Positions 10,201 to 17,974 are shown, numbered from the stretch's first letter. The stretch: DNA of 32,000 nt from Dubosiella newyorkensis (GCF_001945605.1 NZ_MPKA01000058.1:1-32000); one strand, 5' to 3'. Program-made: numbers and translations. Notes: generated from the sequence alone by a model not told the origin.

Positions 10201-11769
10201 TACAGTTGTATCCGTCACGACTTCTTCACGTAAAGAATCGATCGGTGGATTGGTGACTTGTGCGAACAATTGCTTAAAATATTGGAATAGATTCGGATGA
10301 AGCTTGCTGAATGGCGCTAATGGAATATCGGTTCCCATGCTCGCGATCGGTTCTTTATGCATCTTGGCCATTGGCAAGATCTGCTCTTTCATATCTTCAT
10401 ACGTATATCCAAAATATTTATAAAGACGATCTCGTTGCTCCTGGGTATGGATCCGGGTTTTTTTGTCTGGCGCTGAAAGACTTTTTAAATGGAGAAGAGA
10501 TTGGTGGAGCCATTCTCCATAAGGATGCATTTTCGCATACTTTGCTTTGAGCGCTTCATCTTCGATCAAGCCAGCGCCTTTCGTATCGATCACCAACATC
10601 TTGCCAGGCTCTAATCGTGATTTTTCCACGATTTGATCGGCAGGAAGGTCTAAGACACCCACTTCGGAAGACAAGATCAAGGTGTTGTCTTTCGTTATAT
10701 AGTAACGCGCAGGACGGAGCCCATTTCGATCGAGCTGAGCGCCCACGATCTCGCCATCCGAAAAAAGGATCGCGGCAGGACCATCCCAAGGCTCCATCAT
10801 GGTCGCGTAATAATGATAGAAATCGTATTTGTCTTTCGACATATTTGTATGTTTATAGGGTTCAGGAACAAGGATCATGAGCGCTTTGACAAGATCCATA
10901 CCATTCATCATCAAAAATTCAAGCGTATTGTCCAGACGCGCGGAATCGGATCCAGTCACATCCATCACGGGAAGGATCTCTTGAAAATTGGATTCAATAA
11001 GCGAAGAATGCATGCTTTCTTCTCGCGCCATCATCCTGTTTTCATTGCCTTGGATCGTATTGATCTCGCCATTATGGGCGATCAAACGATTTGGATGGGC
11101 TCTTTTCCAGGAAGGTGTCGTATTGGTCGAAAAACGGGAATGGACGATCCCGATCGCGCTTTGATAGTTTGTATCTTGCAGGTCGTCATAAAAAGCACGC
11201 AACTGATCGACCAAGAACATGCCTTTGTAGACGATCGTTCGACTCGATAAAGAAGCCACATACGTATCTTTGGCGCACTTTTCGAATTCGCGGCGCACTA
11301 AATAGAGCTGACGGTCGAAATCGAGACCTTTTTCGATCGAATCAGGCCGTTCAATGAATCCTTGATAGATCAAGGGCATGCATTCTAAAGCCGCTTCGCC
11401 TAAGATCTCTGGATGGCACGGCACTTTACGCCAGCCTAAAAAGCGCAACCCTTTTTTCGCGACGATCGTTTCGAAGAGCTTCATCGATTGGGCGCTTTCT
11501 AGTGTGGAGTTTGGAAAAAAGAACATGCCCACACCATAATCGCCTTCTTCTTTTAAATCGAGGGGAAGTCGGGAAAAGAAGGAATGAGAGATTTGTAGCA
11601 AGATCCCGACACCATCGCCTACTTTACCGCTCGCATCTTTTCCAGCTCGATGTTCAAGCTTTTCTACGATCTGTAAAGATTGATCGACGATCGAATAACT
11701 TTTGATCCCATTCATTTGAACGACGGCGCCAATTCCGCAAGCATCGTGTTCGTGATTCAAATAATGCAT
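7297..11769 (-). CDS. gltB: Glutamate synthase large subunit
   Basis: 1490 aa. N-terminal Ntn amidotransferase CGIGAVV. FMN/3Fe-4S region (CNLDTCPFGIATQ). C-terminal GXGXG beta-helix domain. Confidence 0.97.
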   Translation of the reverse strand: MHYLNHEHDACGIGAVVQMNGIKSYSIVDQSLQIVEKLEHRAGKDASGKVGDGVGILLQISHSFFSRLPLDLKEEGDYGVGMFFFPNSTLESAQSMKLFETIVAKKGLRFLGWRKVPCHPEILGEAALECMPLIYQGFIERPDSIEKGLDFDRQLYLVRREFEKCAKDTYVASLSSRTIVYKGMFLVDQLRAFYDDLQDTNYQSAIGIVHSRFSTNTTPSWKRAHPNRLIAHNGEINTIQGNENRMMAREESMHSSLIESNFQEILPVMDVTGSDSARLDNTLEFLMMNGMDLVKALMILVPEPYKHTNMSKDKYDFYHYYATMMEPWDGPAAILFSDGEIVGAQLDRNGLRPARYYITKDNTLILSSEVGVLDLPADQIVEKSRLEPGKMLVIDTKGAGLIEDEALKAKYAKMHPYGEWLHQSLLHLKSLSAPDKKTRIHTQEQRDRLYKYFGYTYEDMKEQILPMAKMHKEPIASMGTDIPLAPFSKLHPNLFQYFKQLFAQVTNPPIDSLREEVVTDTTVYIGSDGNLLEDVKENCRVLEIEHPILDSQDMDKIKNLDKEGFKPYVLSTLFYRGMPLKDAIEHLFVEADRAYRQGANILILSDRGVDESRMAIPSLLAVSALEQHLIKTKKKTAISMIVESGEPKRVHDFACLLGYGASAIHPYLAHECIEEMIDLDILDKEPSKAIADYNEAILMGIVKIAAKMGISTLQSYQGAQIFEAIGIGKEVIDTYFTNTVSRIGGVGLEEMERDIIYHHDHAFDPLGLGTDASLDSIGFHKLRSGPDKEDHLYDPKSIVLLQRSCWENDYSLFKEYSSRLNAEHHPHTLRSCMDFVYEREAIDIEEVESVESIVKRFKTGAMSYGSISQEAHECMAIAMNSIGGKSNSGEGGEEKERLYTNKNSAIKQVASGRFGVTSEYLVSAKEIQIKMAQGAKPGEGGHLPGNKVYPWIAKTRCSTPGVTLISPPPHHDIYSIEDLAQLIYDLKCANDQARISVKLVSESGVGTIACGVAKAGTQVILISGHDGGTGAAPQSSIHHAGLPWELGVIETHHALVENNLRDRVYVETDGKLMTGRDVAIAALLGAEEFGFATAPLVTMGCRMMRVCNLDTCPFGIATQNKELRKRFKGKPEYIVHFMEFIAQELREIMASLGFRTLDEMVGHSECLQIREEDEENLHIARLKEMIKKPVYLSSGEKTFFDFKLDERLDMVDVYPAFKPFMLSNPIPHQERLKISSLDRAFGTEFGSMVTRKYQNTLEEDTFTLHLEGVGGQSFGAFLPKGVTFDLVGDANDYFGKGLSGGKLIVSVDPSSPFEADQNVIIGNVALYGATEGKALIQGKAGERFCVRNSGATAVVEGCGDHALEYMTGGTVLILGRTGKNVAAGMSGGIAYIYDVEHDLYERLNDELVDMENVSHKQDVEAIYSLLKEHYEATHSKKAKELLSHFDEALPHFKKIIPRDYKKIKNEIKSLIDQGFDQDEAELKAFRSIHA

Positions 11770-11780
11770 AGACTTCCTCC

Positions 11781-13364
11781 TTAAATTCCACTATCTCCAT
11801 AGTTCGATAAATAGCGAGCGCTCGGATCGCTCACTTGACAACCTTCCCAATTTTGATTTGGGAGCCAGAAATCTTTGACCATCTCGTCTTGGCCAGGATA
11901 GTATTTTTCAAAAAGCTCGCGATACAGCAGCGACTCCTTCGTGTATGGCGTTGCGTGCTTGTATTGCTTTCTTTTCTCTTCGTATTCTTCATCGCTGTAG
12001 AATGCTTCTGCGAAATGCTTGATCGAATCGGCCATAGAATGTCCGACGGCATCCGAGAACGCGGCTTTTTCACGCATCAAGATCGAATACGGCAACAAGT
12101 CGTCGCCTTCAAACGCGTGACGAAGTAAATATTTTCCTTTATTGTACGTATTGATTTTTTTTGCCGGATCGATATGCATGACATAATCGACAAAGTCGAG
12201 ATCCCCAAAAGGAACACGCGCTTCCATAGAATGGGAAGCGATGCATCGATCCGCCCGCAAAACATCATACATGTGGATCTCGCGCATCCGTTTTTCCGCT
12301 TCTTTTTGGAACGCTTGCGCGCTAGGAGCGAAATCCGTATATTTGTATCCAAACATTTCATCGGAAATCTCCCCGGTCAATAAAACACGGACATCGCTCA
12401 TTTCGTGGATCTTTTTGCAGATAAGATACATTCCAATGCTCGCGCGAATCGTCGTGATGTCATAGGTCCCTAACGCTTGAATGACTTCTTCAAGGGAAGA
12501 GAGGACATCGTGTTCGTCGATGATGATCTCATGATGATTGCTTTGTATATATTCAGCAACTTCTTTGGCGTATTTTAAGTCGATCGCATCCTGATCCATT
12601 CCGATCGCGTAGGTTTCGATCGGCTTGCTGCTTTTGGATTGAGCGATCGCGCAAACAAGCGATGAATCCAGCCCGCCAGAAAGAAGATAGCCGATAGGCG
12701 CGTCGGAATCTAACCGTTTTTCCACACCAGCGATCAACTTGTCGTGAATGTTTTTCGCGATCGTTTCCAGATCGTCATCGAGATACGAATCGACCTGGCT
12801 GACATCCTTATAACAAATGAATTCCCCGTCTTTATAATAATGACCTGGAGGGAAGGGCAAGATCTTTTCGCAAAGAGCCACTAGGTTTTTAGGCTCGGAA
12901 GCAAACACGATCGAGCCGTTTTGCGTATAGCCATAATAGAGTGGCCGAATGCCGATCGGATCGCGAGCCGCGATCAACTCGTTGCTCTTTCCATCATATA
13001 GGACTAACGCATATTCCGCGTCGAGCATCGAGAACATCTTGCATCCGTATTCTTGATAGAGCGGCAGCAAGATCTCGCAATCCGATTCGGAACCGAACGT
13101 ATATCCAAGCTGGATCAGCTTTTCTTTGAGCGGCTTGAAGCCATAGATCTCACCATTGCATACGATTTTAGAGCGATTCAAGCTGAACGGCTGCATTCCT
13201 TCGGGGTGAAGACCCATGATCGCTAATCGTTGGAACGCGATCCAGCCATGATCCGTTTTTTCGATGCGCATCGCATCGGGCCCGCGGGATGTCGTAGGCA
13301 TGAACGCTTGTTCAATTTGTTTTTGAGTGATTGTTTGATCGGTTGTCACGAAAATCGTACACAT
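11781..13364 (-). CDS. asnB: Asparagine synthase (glutamine-hydrolysing)
   Basis: 527 aa. Cys2 nucleophile (MCTIF), PP-loop SGGLDSS. AGGAGG RBS at 13372-13377. Confidence 0.93.
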   Translation of the reverse strand: MCTIFVTTDQTITQKQIEQAFMPTTSRGPDAMRIEKTDHGWIAFQRLAIMGLHPEGMQPFSLNRSKIVCNGEIYGFKPLKEKLIQLGYTFGSESDCEILLPLYQEYGCKMFSMLDAEYALVLYDGKSNELIAARDPIGIRPLYYGYTQNGSIVFASEPKNLVALCEKILPFPPGHYYKDGEFICYKDVSQVDSYLDDDLETIAKNIHDKLIAGVEKRLDSDAPIGYLLSGGLDSSLVCAIAQSKSSKPIETYAIGMDQDAIDLKYAKEVAEYIQSNHHEIIIDEHDVLSSLEEVIQALGTYDITTIRASIGMYLICKKIHEMSDVRVLLTGEISDEMFGYKYTDFAPSAQAFQKEAEKRMREIHMYDVLRADRCIASHSMEARVPFGDLDFVDYVMHIDPAKKINTYNKGKYLLRHAFEGDDLLPYSILMREKAAFSDAVGHSMADSIKHFAEAFYSDEEYEEKRKQYKHATPYTKESLLYRELFEKYYPGQDEMVKDFWLPNQNWEGCQVSDPSARYLSNYGDSGI

Positions 13365-13377
13365 AATTATACCTCCT

Positions 13378-13408
13378 GAAAAATTGGACCGACAGGATCC
13401 TGTCGGTC
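13378..13408 (-). terminator. Hairpin plus U-tract between glnN and asnB (intra-operon terminator or attenuator)
   Basis: Perfect palindrome gaccgacaggatcctgtcggtc (13387-13408). On the minus strand it is followed by CAAUUUUUC, which abuts the asnB RBS. Confidence 0.6.
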
Positions 13409-13416
13409 TTTAATTG

Positions 13417-15510
13417 TTAGATGATCCCAAAGAGGAGTTTTCCATACGTTGGGAATGGCCAATATTCACTGCCTGTGAGCATTTCAAGTTTATCGCATGG
13501 CTTTCTTAGAGCATCCATGGCTGGGATGATACGATCACGGACATAGGCAGCGGCAAGTTCAAAGTTATCGATCGCATGCAGCTTATCGAGATCGCTTTGC
13601 AGGGTAAGGAGCGCTTCATTTGCTTGTTCAAGCTCATTGGATATGGCTTCTAGCGTGCTCGCTTCATAACCAACTGGAAGCGATTGCGATACGCTTGCCT
13701 TCAACAAGATCGTGTCGGCTAATTCCTTTTCAAAGCGGATGATCGAAGGCAAGATTTGTTTTTTCGCCATATCGACCATCGTCAGCGCTTCGATATTCAA
13801 GATCTTTGTATATTCTTCCATCATGATCTCGTAGCGTGAAAGGATCTCGTCTTTGCTTAAGACGCCTTGGCGTTCAAAGAGTTCGATATTTTCTGGCAAG
13901 ATGCTGTAAGGAAGCGCGTCAACGGTTGTTTTTAGATTGAGAAGGCCACGCGCTTTTGCTTCCTCGATCCAAGAATCATCGTACCCATTTCCATTAAAGA
14001 TGATTCGTTTATGATTTCTAAGTGTTTCTTGGATCAGTTGATGCAATGTGGTATCGAAATCTTCGGCGTTTTCTAAAATATCCGCATATTCTTGAAGCGC
14101 ATCGGCGATGACGGTGTTCAGCATGATATTTGGCTGTGCAACAGACAGAGCGGAACCAGGCATTCTGAATTCAAATTTATTGCCTGTAAACGCGAATGGG
14201 GAAGTTCGGTTACGGTCGGTCGTGTCTTTTTGGAAATTTGGCAACACGCTCGCGCCGATCCTCATATATTCGTGCTCGCCTTCAATATATGGTGTATCGT
14301 TTTCAATCGATTCTAAGATCGAAGTCAGCTCATCACCTAAGAAGATCGAAATGATCGCAGGAGGTGCTTCGTTGGCACCTAAACGGTGGTCGTTTCCAGC
14401 CGTTGCGACCGAAAGACGAAGCAGGTCTTGGTGTTCGTCGACAGCTTTGATTATAGCTGCTAGCATGAGCAAGAATTGCGCGTTTTCGCTTGGTGTTTCT
14501 CCTGGTTCCAGTAAGTTGATCCCTGTATCTGTGGAAATGGACCAGTTGTTGTGCTTGCCGCTTCCGTTGATGCCTTCAAATGGCTTTTCGTGAAGCAAAG
14601 CGACAAGACCGTGTTTTTTAGCGACTCTCTGGATGATTTCCATTGTTAGTTGGTTATGATCGACTGCGATGTTCGTTGTTGAAAAGACAGGAGCGAGTTC
14701 GTGTTGTGCTGGAGCGACTTCGTTGTGTTCTGTCTTGGCGCTGATCCCAAGTTTCCATAGCTCTTCGTTCAGCTCGTTCATGAATTTTTGCACGCGGGAT
14801 TTGATCGTTCCAAAGTAATGGTCTTCCATTTCTTGGTTTTTTGGAGCCATCGCGCCAAAGAGCGTTCGACCTGTATAGATCAAGTCTTTGCGTTGTTCAT
14901 AATACTCTTTATCGACCAAGAAATATTCTTGTTCTGGACCAAGGGTCGTCTTGATGCTTTTGACATCGTCGTGCCCAAAAAGCTTTACGATGCGAAGCGC
15001 TTGCTTGTTGATCGCTTCCATCGATCGAAGTAGCGGCGTCTTTTTGTCGAGAGCGAAACCTGTATAGGAACAGAAGGCTGTAGGAATGCAAAGAACGCCA
15101 TCTTTGATAAAGGCATAGCTTGTTGGATCCCAAGCTGTATATCCTCTAGCTTCGAATGTGGCTCTCAGTCCGCCATTCGGGAAGCTAGACGCGTCTGGTT
15201 CACCTTTGATGAGCTCTTTTCCAGAAAAAGACATGATGACCGTTCCATCGTTTCGTGGTTCGATGAAGCTATCGTGCTTTTCAGCGGTCACACCTGTCAT
15301 TGGCTGGAACCAGTGGGTAAAGTGGGTCGCGCCCTTTTCGATTGCCCAAACTTTCATCGCGTGAGCGACTGCGTTGGCGATCTTGATATTGAGCGGTTTT
15401 CCATCTTGGATCGTCTTTTCTAATTCTTTGAATGTTTCTTTCGGTAAGCGTTCTTTCATCGTCTTTTCGTTAAAGACGTTCGTTCCGTACATTTCTGAAA
15501 CTTTATCCAT
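13417..15510 (-). CDS. glnN: Glutamine synthetase type III (copy 1)
   Basis: 697 aa, the length typical of GS-III. Motifs [69 protein letters not shown]. Confidence 0.93.
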   Translation of the reverse strand: MDKVSEMYGTNVFNEKTMKERLPKETFKELEKTIQDGKPLNIKIANAVAHAMKVWAIEKGATHFTHWFQPMTGVTAEKHDSFIEPRNDGTVIMSFSGKELIKGEPDASSFPNGGLRATFEARGYTAWDPTSYAFIKDGVLCIPTAFCSYTGFALDKKTPLLRSMEAINKQALRIVKLFGHDDVKSIKTTLGPEQEYFLVDKEYYEQRKDLIYTGRTLFGAMAPKNQEMEDHYFGTIKSRVQKFMNELNEELWKLGISAKTEHNEVAPAQHELAPVFSTTNIAVDHNQLTMEIIQRVAKKHGLVALLHEKPFEGINGSGKHNNWSISTDTGINLLEPGETPSENAQFLLMLAAIIKAVDEHQDLLRLSVATAGNDHRLGANEAPPAIISIFLGDELTSILESIENDTPYIEGEHEYMRIGASVLPNFQKDTTDRNRTSPFAFTGNKFEFRMPGSALSVAQPNIMLNTVIADALQEYADILENAEDFDTTLHQLIQETLRNHKRIIFNGNGYDDSWIEEAKARGLLNLKTTVDALPYSILPENIELFERQGVLSKDEILSRYEIMMEEYTKILNIEALTMVDMAKKQILPSIIRFEKELADTILLKASVSQSLPVGYEASTLEAISNELEQANEALLTLQSDLDKLHAIDNFELAAAYVRDRIIPAMDALRKPCDKLEMLTGSEYWPFPTYGKLLFGII

Positions 15511-15533
15511 AGTGATTCTCCTTCTTATTCAAC

Positions 15534-15592
15534 AAAAAAAAGCAAAGGCCTAGTATCCACCCTTGAAAAAGGGATGTTTACGACGCCTTTGC
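15534..15592 (-). terminator. Leader terminator (attenuator) between the glnN promoter and the glnN start codon
   Basis: Minus-strand RNA has GCAAAGGC...(43 nt)...GCCUUUGC followed by U8. It ends 23 nt before the glnN ATG, inside the roughly 90-nt leader. Confidence 0.6.
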
Positions 15593-15595
15593 CGT
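15580..15595 (-). promoter_or_regulatory. Candidate ANTAR-type hexaloop hairpin overlapping the 5' arm of the leader terminator
   Basis: Minus-strand ACGGC-AAAGGC-GUCGU forms a 5-bp stem (one G-U) with a hexaloop carrying A at position 1 and G at position 4. It uses the GCAAAGGC bases the terminator needs. I could not find a convincing second hexaloop hairpin. Confidence 0.3.
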
Positions 15596-15607
15596 TGATC
15601 TGGTTCT

Positions 15608-15635
15608 ATTATAACGAGATATATATTCTTGTCAA
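15608..15635 (-). promoter_or_regulatory. Sigma-A-type promoter for glnN
   Basis: On the minus strand: TTGACA (15635-15630), 16-nt spacer, TATAAT (15613-15608). Confidence 0.55.
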
Positions 15636-15636
15636 T

Positions 15637-15651
15637 AATTTTCTGAAAAAA
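15637..15651. promoter_or_regulatory. CodY-box-like element
   Basis: AATTTTCTGAAAAAA matches the CodY consensus AATTTTCWGAAAATT at 13 of 15 positions. It lies immediately upstream of the glnN -35 element. Confidence 0.3.
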
Positions 15652-15652
15652 G

Positions 15653-15669
15653 ATGAAAAATATTTTCAT
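15653..15669. promoter_or_regulatory. Perfect 7-3-7 palindrome, candidate operator
   Basis: ATGAAAA-ATA-TTTTCAT sits between the divergent promoters, 3 nt upstream of the -35 of the GS-like gene. Confidence 0.3.
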
Positions 15670-15672
15670 TGT

Positions 15673-15701
15673 TTGAAAGAAGATCCGTCATTGCGTATAA
15701 T
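15673..15701 (+). promoter_or_regulatory. Sigma-A-type promoter for the GS-like/ANTAR/ybaK operon
   Basis: TTGAAA (15673-15678), 17-nt spacer, TATAAT (15696-15701). RBS aggag at 15712-15716. Confidence 0.55.
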
Positions 15702-15723
15702 TAGAAAGATACAGGAGATTTTT

Positions 15724-16902
15724 ATGGATACGATAGATGAATTATTGAGTTTTCTCGAAGAAGAGGATGTCCGCTTTATTCGGTTGACCTTTTATGATAT
15801 GTATGGCGTTCAAAAGAATATCTCGATCTTGCCAGATCTGCTTCCTCGCGCATTGCAGGAGGGGATCGCGATCGATACGTTTGCGATCCCTTCGCTGAGT
15901 GCTCGATCGGGAAATACGTTATATTTAAAGCCAGATCCAAAAACGATGAGCGTATTGCCATGGCGTTCTAATGAAGGCAATGTGATTTCTTTGATCTGCT
16001 CGATCTATGAAGCGGATGGCTCGCCATGTGCATACGATGGAAGAAGAATGCTTCAAGAAACGCTGAAGGAGGCGGTTCAGAGCGACTTGTTTTTGAACTT
16101 GTCGACTCAATTCGAGTTTTATTTGTTTTTGCAGGATGAAATGGGAAACGATACCCATCGTCCTCTCGATTATGCTTCTTTTATGGACGTCGCTCCTGAA
16201 GATAAAGGGGAAAATATACGCCGGGATATTTGTTTGACGCTCTCTGAAATGGGCTTGCAGCCTCAGGCAAGCTATCATCAGGCGGGTTTCGGGCAAAATG
16301 AGATCGACTTTCACAGTTCCTCTCCGCTTCAAGCCGCGGATGAGGCGATGATCTTTAAATGGGTCGTCAAGATCTTGGCCAACGCGAATGGATTGTTCGC
16401 TGATTTTTCGCCCAAGCCTTTAGAAAATGGTCCGGGAAACGGAATGCATATCAAATTCTCGTTTTCGAAGCATGAAAACAGGAAAAAGATCGAATCGTTC
16501 ATCGCGGGGATCCTACAGCATATTCGCGCAATGACTTTGTTTTTAAATCCGATCAACGCCTCTTATGCGCGTTTTGGCAAAGAGAAAGCGCCTGACCATA
16601 TCACATGGTCTTACGAGTTTCCATATGAGCTCATTCATATCGATCCGAAAAACAAACATATCTTTGAGCTCCGCTCTCCGGATCCGCAATGCAATCCATA
16701 TTTATGCTTTTCATTATTGATCAAGGCCGGTATGGATGGGATCGCTCAAGATCTCGTCTTGGAAAGGCCGCTTGGGGCGACTTGTGATCTTGGGACGATC
16801 CAACGGCTTCCTAAAAACAAGGAAGAGGCGTATGCTTGCGCGATCAACGATCAATGGCTCCTTTCCATCGTGCCTCGCGAATTGATCGAGCTGTATCGAT
16901 AA
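15724..16902 (+). CDS. Glutamine synthetase type I-like protein, short (392 aa), with degenerate catalytic motifs
   Basis: GS beta-grasp plus catalytic-domain similarity (VRFIRLTFYDMYG, GNGMHIKFS, ELRSPDPQCNPYL). I moved the start to the ATG at 15724, because the track start at 15574 would overlap both promoters. Canonical EPEFF reads TQFEFY, HHEVA reads YHQAG, and NRSxxIRIP reads FPYELIHID. Confidence 0.85.
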   Translation: MDTIDELLSFLEEEDVRFIRLTFYDMYGVQKNISILPDLLPRALQEGIAIDTFAIPSLSARSGNTLYLKPDPKTMSVLPWRSNEGNVISLICSIYEADGSPCAYDGRRMLQETLKEAVQSDLFLNLSTQFEFYLFLQDEMGNDTHRPLDYASFMDVAPEDKGENIRRDICLTLSEMGLQPQASYHQAGFGQNEIDFHSSSPLQAADEAMIFKWVVKILANANGLFADFSPKPLENGPGNGMHIKFSFSKHENRKKIESFIAGILQHIRAMTLFLNPINASYARFGKEKAPDHITWSYEFPYELIHIDPKNKHIFELRSPDPQCNPYLCFSLLIKAGMDGIAQDLVLERPLGATCDLGTIQRLPKNKEEAYACAINDQWLLSIVPRELIELYR

Positions 16903-16907
16903 TCGGT

Positions 16908-17489
16908 ATGAAAGAAAAGAAAAAAGTCATGATCATCGGAAAGATCAAAGAGAAGGCTCCGTATAAAGAGCTTTTTCCCTCTTCGATCTATGCGCCATTG
17001 ACGATCTATGAAAGTGTTGTCGAAGCTAAACACAAGCTAGCTTCTGAGCATTTCGATCTCATTTGGATCCAGGGATTGCTTCAAGTACAGCAAGCTAAAG
17101 AGATCGCGATGGTCTACAATACGATGGTCCTTTTGTTTGTTAAAGCGACGATCTATGATCAAGTTGCCTATCAAATGCGGGATGCACGCGTTTTCGTATT
17201 CTCGTTCCCGATTTCTCGATCGACAATGAGCCAAGTCGTCTCGATGGTGGAACAATTCAGCGAAAAGACAAAAACGTTAGAACGAAAGCTTTTCCTTGCA
17301 CAGAAAAAGTTGAAAGATATCAAGATCATCGATCGCTGCAAGATGGAATTGATGCACTATTTTCATTGGAACGAAGATAAGGCACATCATTATATGGAAA
17401 AATGCGCAATGGATCAAGGCGTTTCAAAGTTGCAGATCGCGCATACGATCCTAGCGAAACTCGAATTAAAAAAGGAAGCGAATGCATGA
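16908..17489 (+). CDS. ANTAR-domain RNA-binding antiterminator with a pseudo-receiver N-terminal domain
   Basis: 193 aa from the ATG at 16908, 6 nt after the GS-like stop. Coiled-coil linker, then ANTAR helices IIDRCKMELMHYFHWNEDKAHHYMEKCAMDQGVSKLQIAHTIL. The receiver-like N-terminus lacks the acidic pair (VMIIGK). FDLIWIQG replaces the usual DLxxxD phospho-acceptor context. Confidence 0.85.
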   Translation: MKEKKKVMIIGKIKEKAPYKELFPSSIYAPLTIYESVVEAKHKLASEHFDLIWIQGLLQVQQAKEIAMVYNTMVLLFVKATIYDQVAYQMRDARVFVFSFPISRSTMSQVVSMVEQFSEKTKTLERKLFLAQKKLKDIKIIDRCKMELMHYFHWNEDKAHHYMEKCAMDQGVSKLQIAHTILAKLELKKEANA

Positions 17490-17974
17490 AAAAACAAAAA
17501 ACGAACGCGATGCGAATACTAGAATCCAACAAGATCCCTTATATAGAGCATGAATACGAGCATCGTAAAGACGATCCAGTCGATGGGATCCATGTTGCGC
17601 AAACGATCGGAGAACCTGTAGAACGTGTCTATAAAACATTAGTATGTACGGGAAGCGATAAAGACAATTATGTTTTCATGATCCCGGTCGATCAAGAGCT
17701 GGATCTAAAAAAATGCGCCAAGGCAGCACATCTCAAACATATCGAAATGCTCCCTCTTAAAGATCTTACGAAGACCACCGGATATATTCGTGGAGGATGT
17801 TCGCCTTTAGGAATGAAGAAAGTCTTCAAGACATGGATCCAAGAGGACGCGATGCTTTATGACACGATCTTTTTTTCAGGAGGAAAGATCGGTCTACAAA
17901 TCGAGGCAAACGCCAACGATCTATCGAAGGTGATCGATATTGAATTTGCCGATCTGATCAAAAGCGCAAACTAG
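17486..17974 (+). CDS. ybaK: Cys-tRNA(Pro)/Cys-tRNA(Cys) deacylase, YbaK family
   Basis: 162 aa from the ATG at 17486, which forms an ATGA overlap with the ANTAR stop. N-terminus MKKQKTNAMRILESNKIPY and GYIRGGCSPLG are typical of YbaK. Confidence 0.9.
   Translation: MKKQKTNAMRILESNKIPYIEHEYEHRKDDPVDGIHVAQTIGEPVERVYKTLVCTGSDKDNYVFMIPVDQELDLKKCAKAAHLKHIEMLPLKDLTKTTGYIRGGCSPLGMKKVFKTWIQEDAMLYDTIFFSGGKIGLQIEANANDLSKVIDIEFADLIKSAN

Noticed and set aside
7687-11705. About 14 plus-strand ORFs (60-190 aa) inside the gltB coding region, for example 8236-8814 and 10813-11250
   Set aside because: They lie antisense to a 1490-aa gene with unambiguous GOGAT motifs. They have no RBS, their sequences are Arg/Ser/His-rich low-complexity, and they match no family I recognise. 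These are typical shadow ORFs.
13387-13408. The 22-nt palindrome containing GGATCC as a protein operator or recombination site
   Set aside because: Its position directly after the glnN stop, with a following U-tract on the transcribed strand, is better explained as an RNA terminator or attenuator hairpin. No second copy occurs in the window.
15574-15723. N-terminal 50-codon extension of the GS-like ORF in the track
   Set aside because: The extension would start inside the glnN leader and run through both divergent promoters. The ATG at 15724 has an AGGAG RBS, and GS homology starts right after it.
15511-15723. A TnrA/GlnR box, glutamine riboswitch (glnA RNA) or T-box in the glnN / GS-like intergenic region
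   Set aside because: The best TGTNAN7TNACA-like match (TGACAAGAATATATATC) fails at about 6 constrained positions. The leader is too short and lacks the conserved riboswitch or T-box cores I can recall.
16836-16907. Upstream extensions of the ANTAR ORF (16836), ybaK ORF (17402) and GH13 ORF (18430)
   Set aside because: The extensions overlap the preceding genes in another frame and lack homology. Internal ATGs at 16908, 17486 and 18478 give the canonical N-termini and sensible coupling or RBS spacing.
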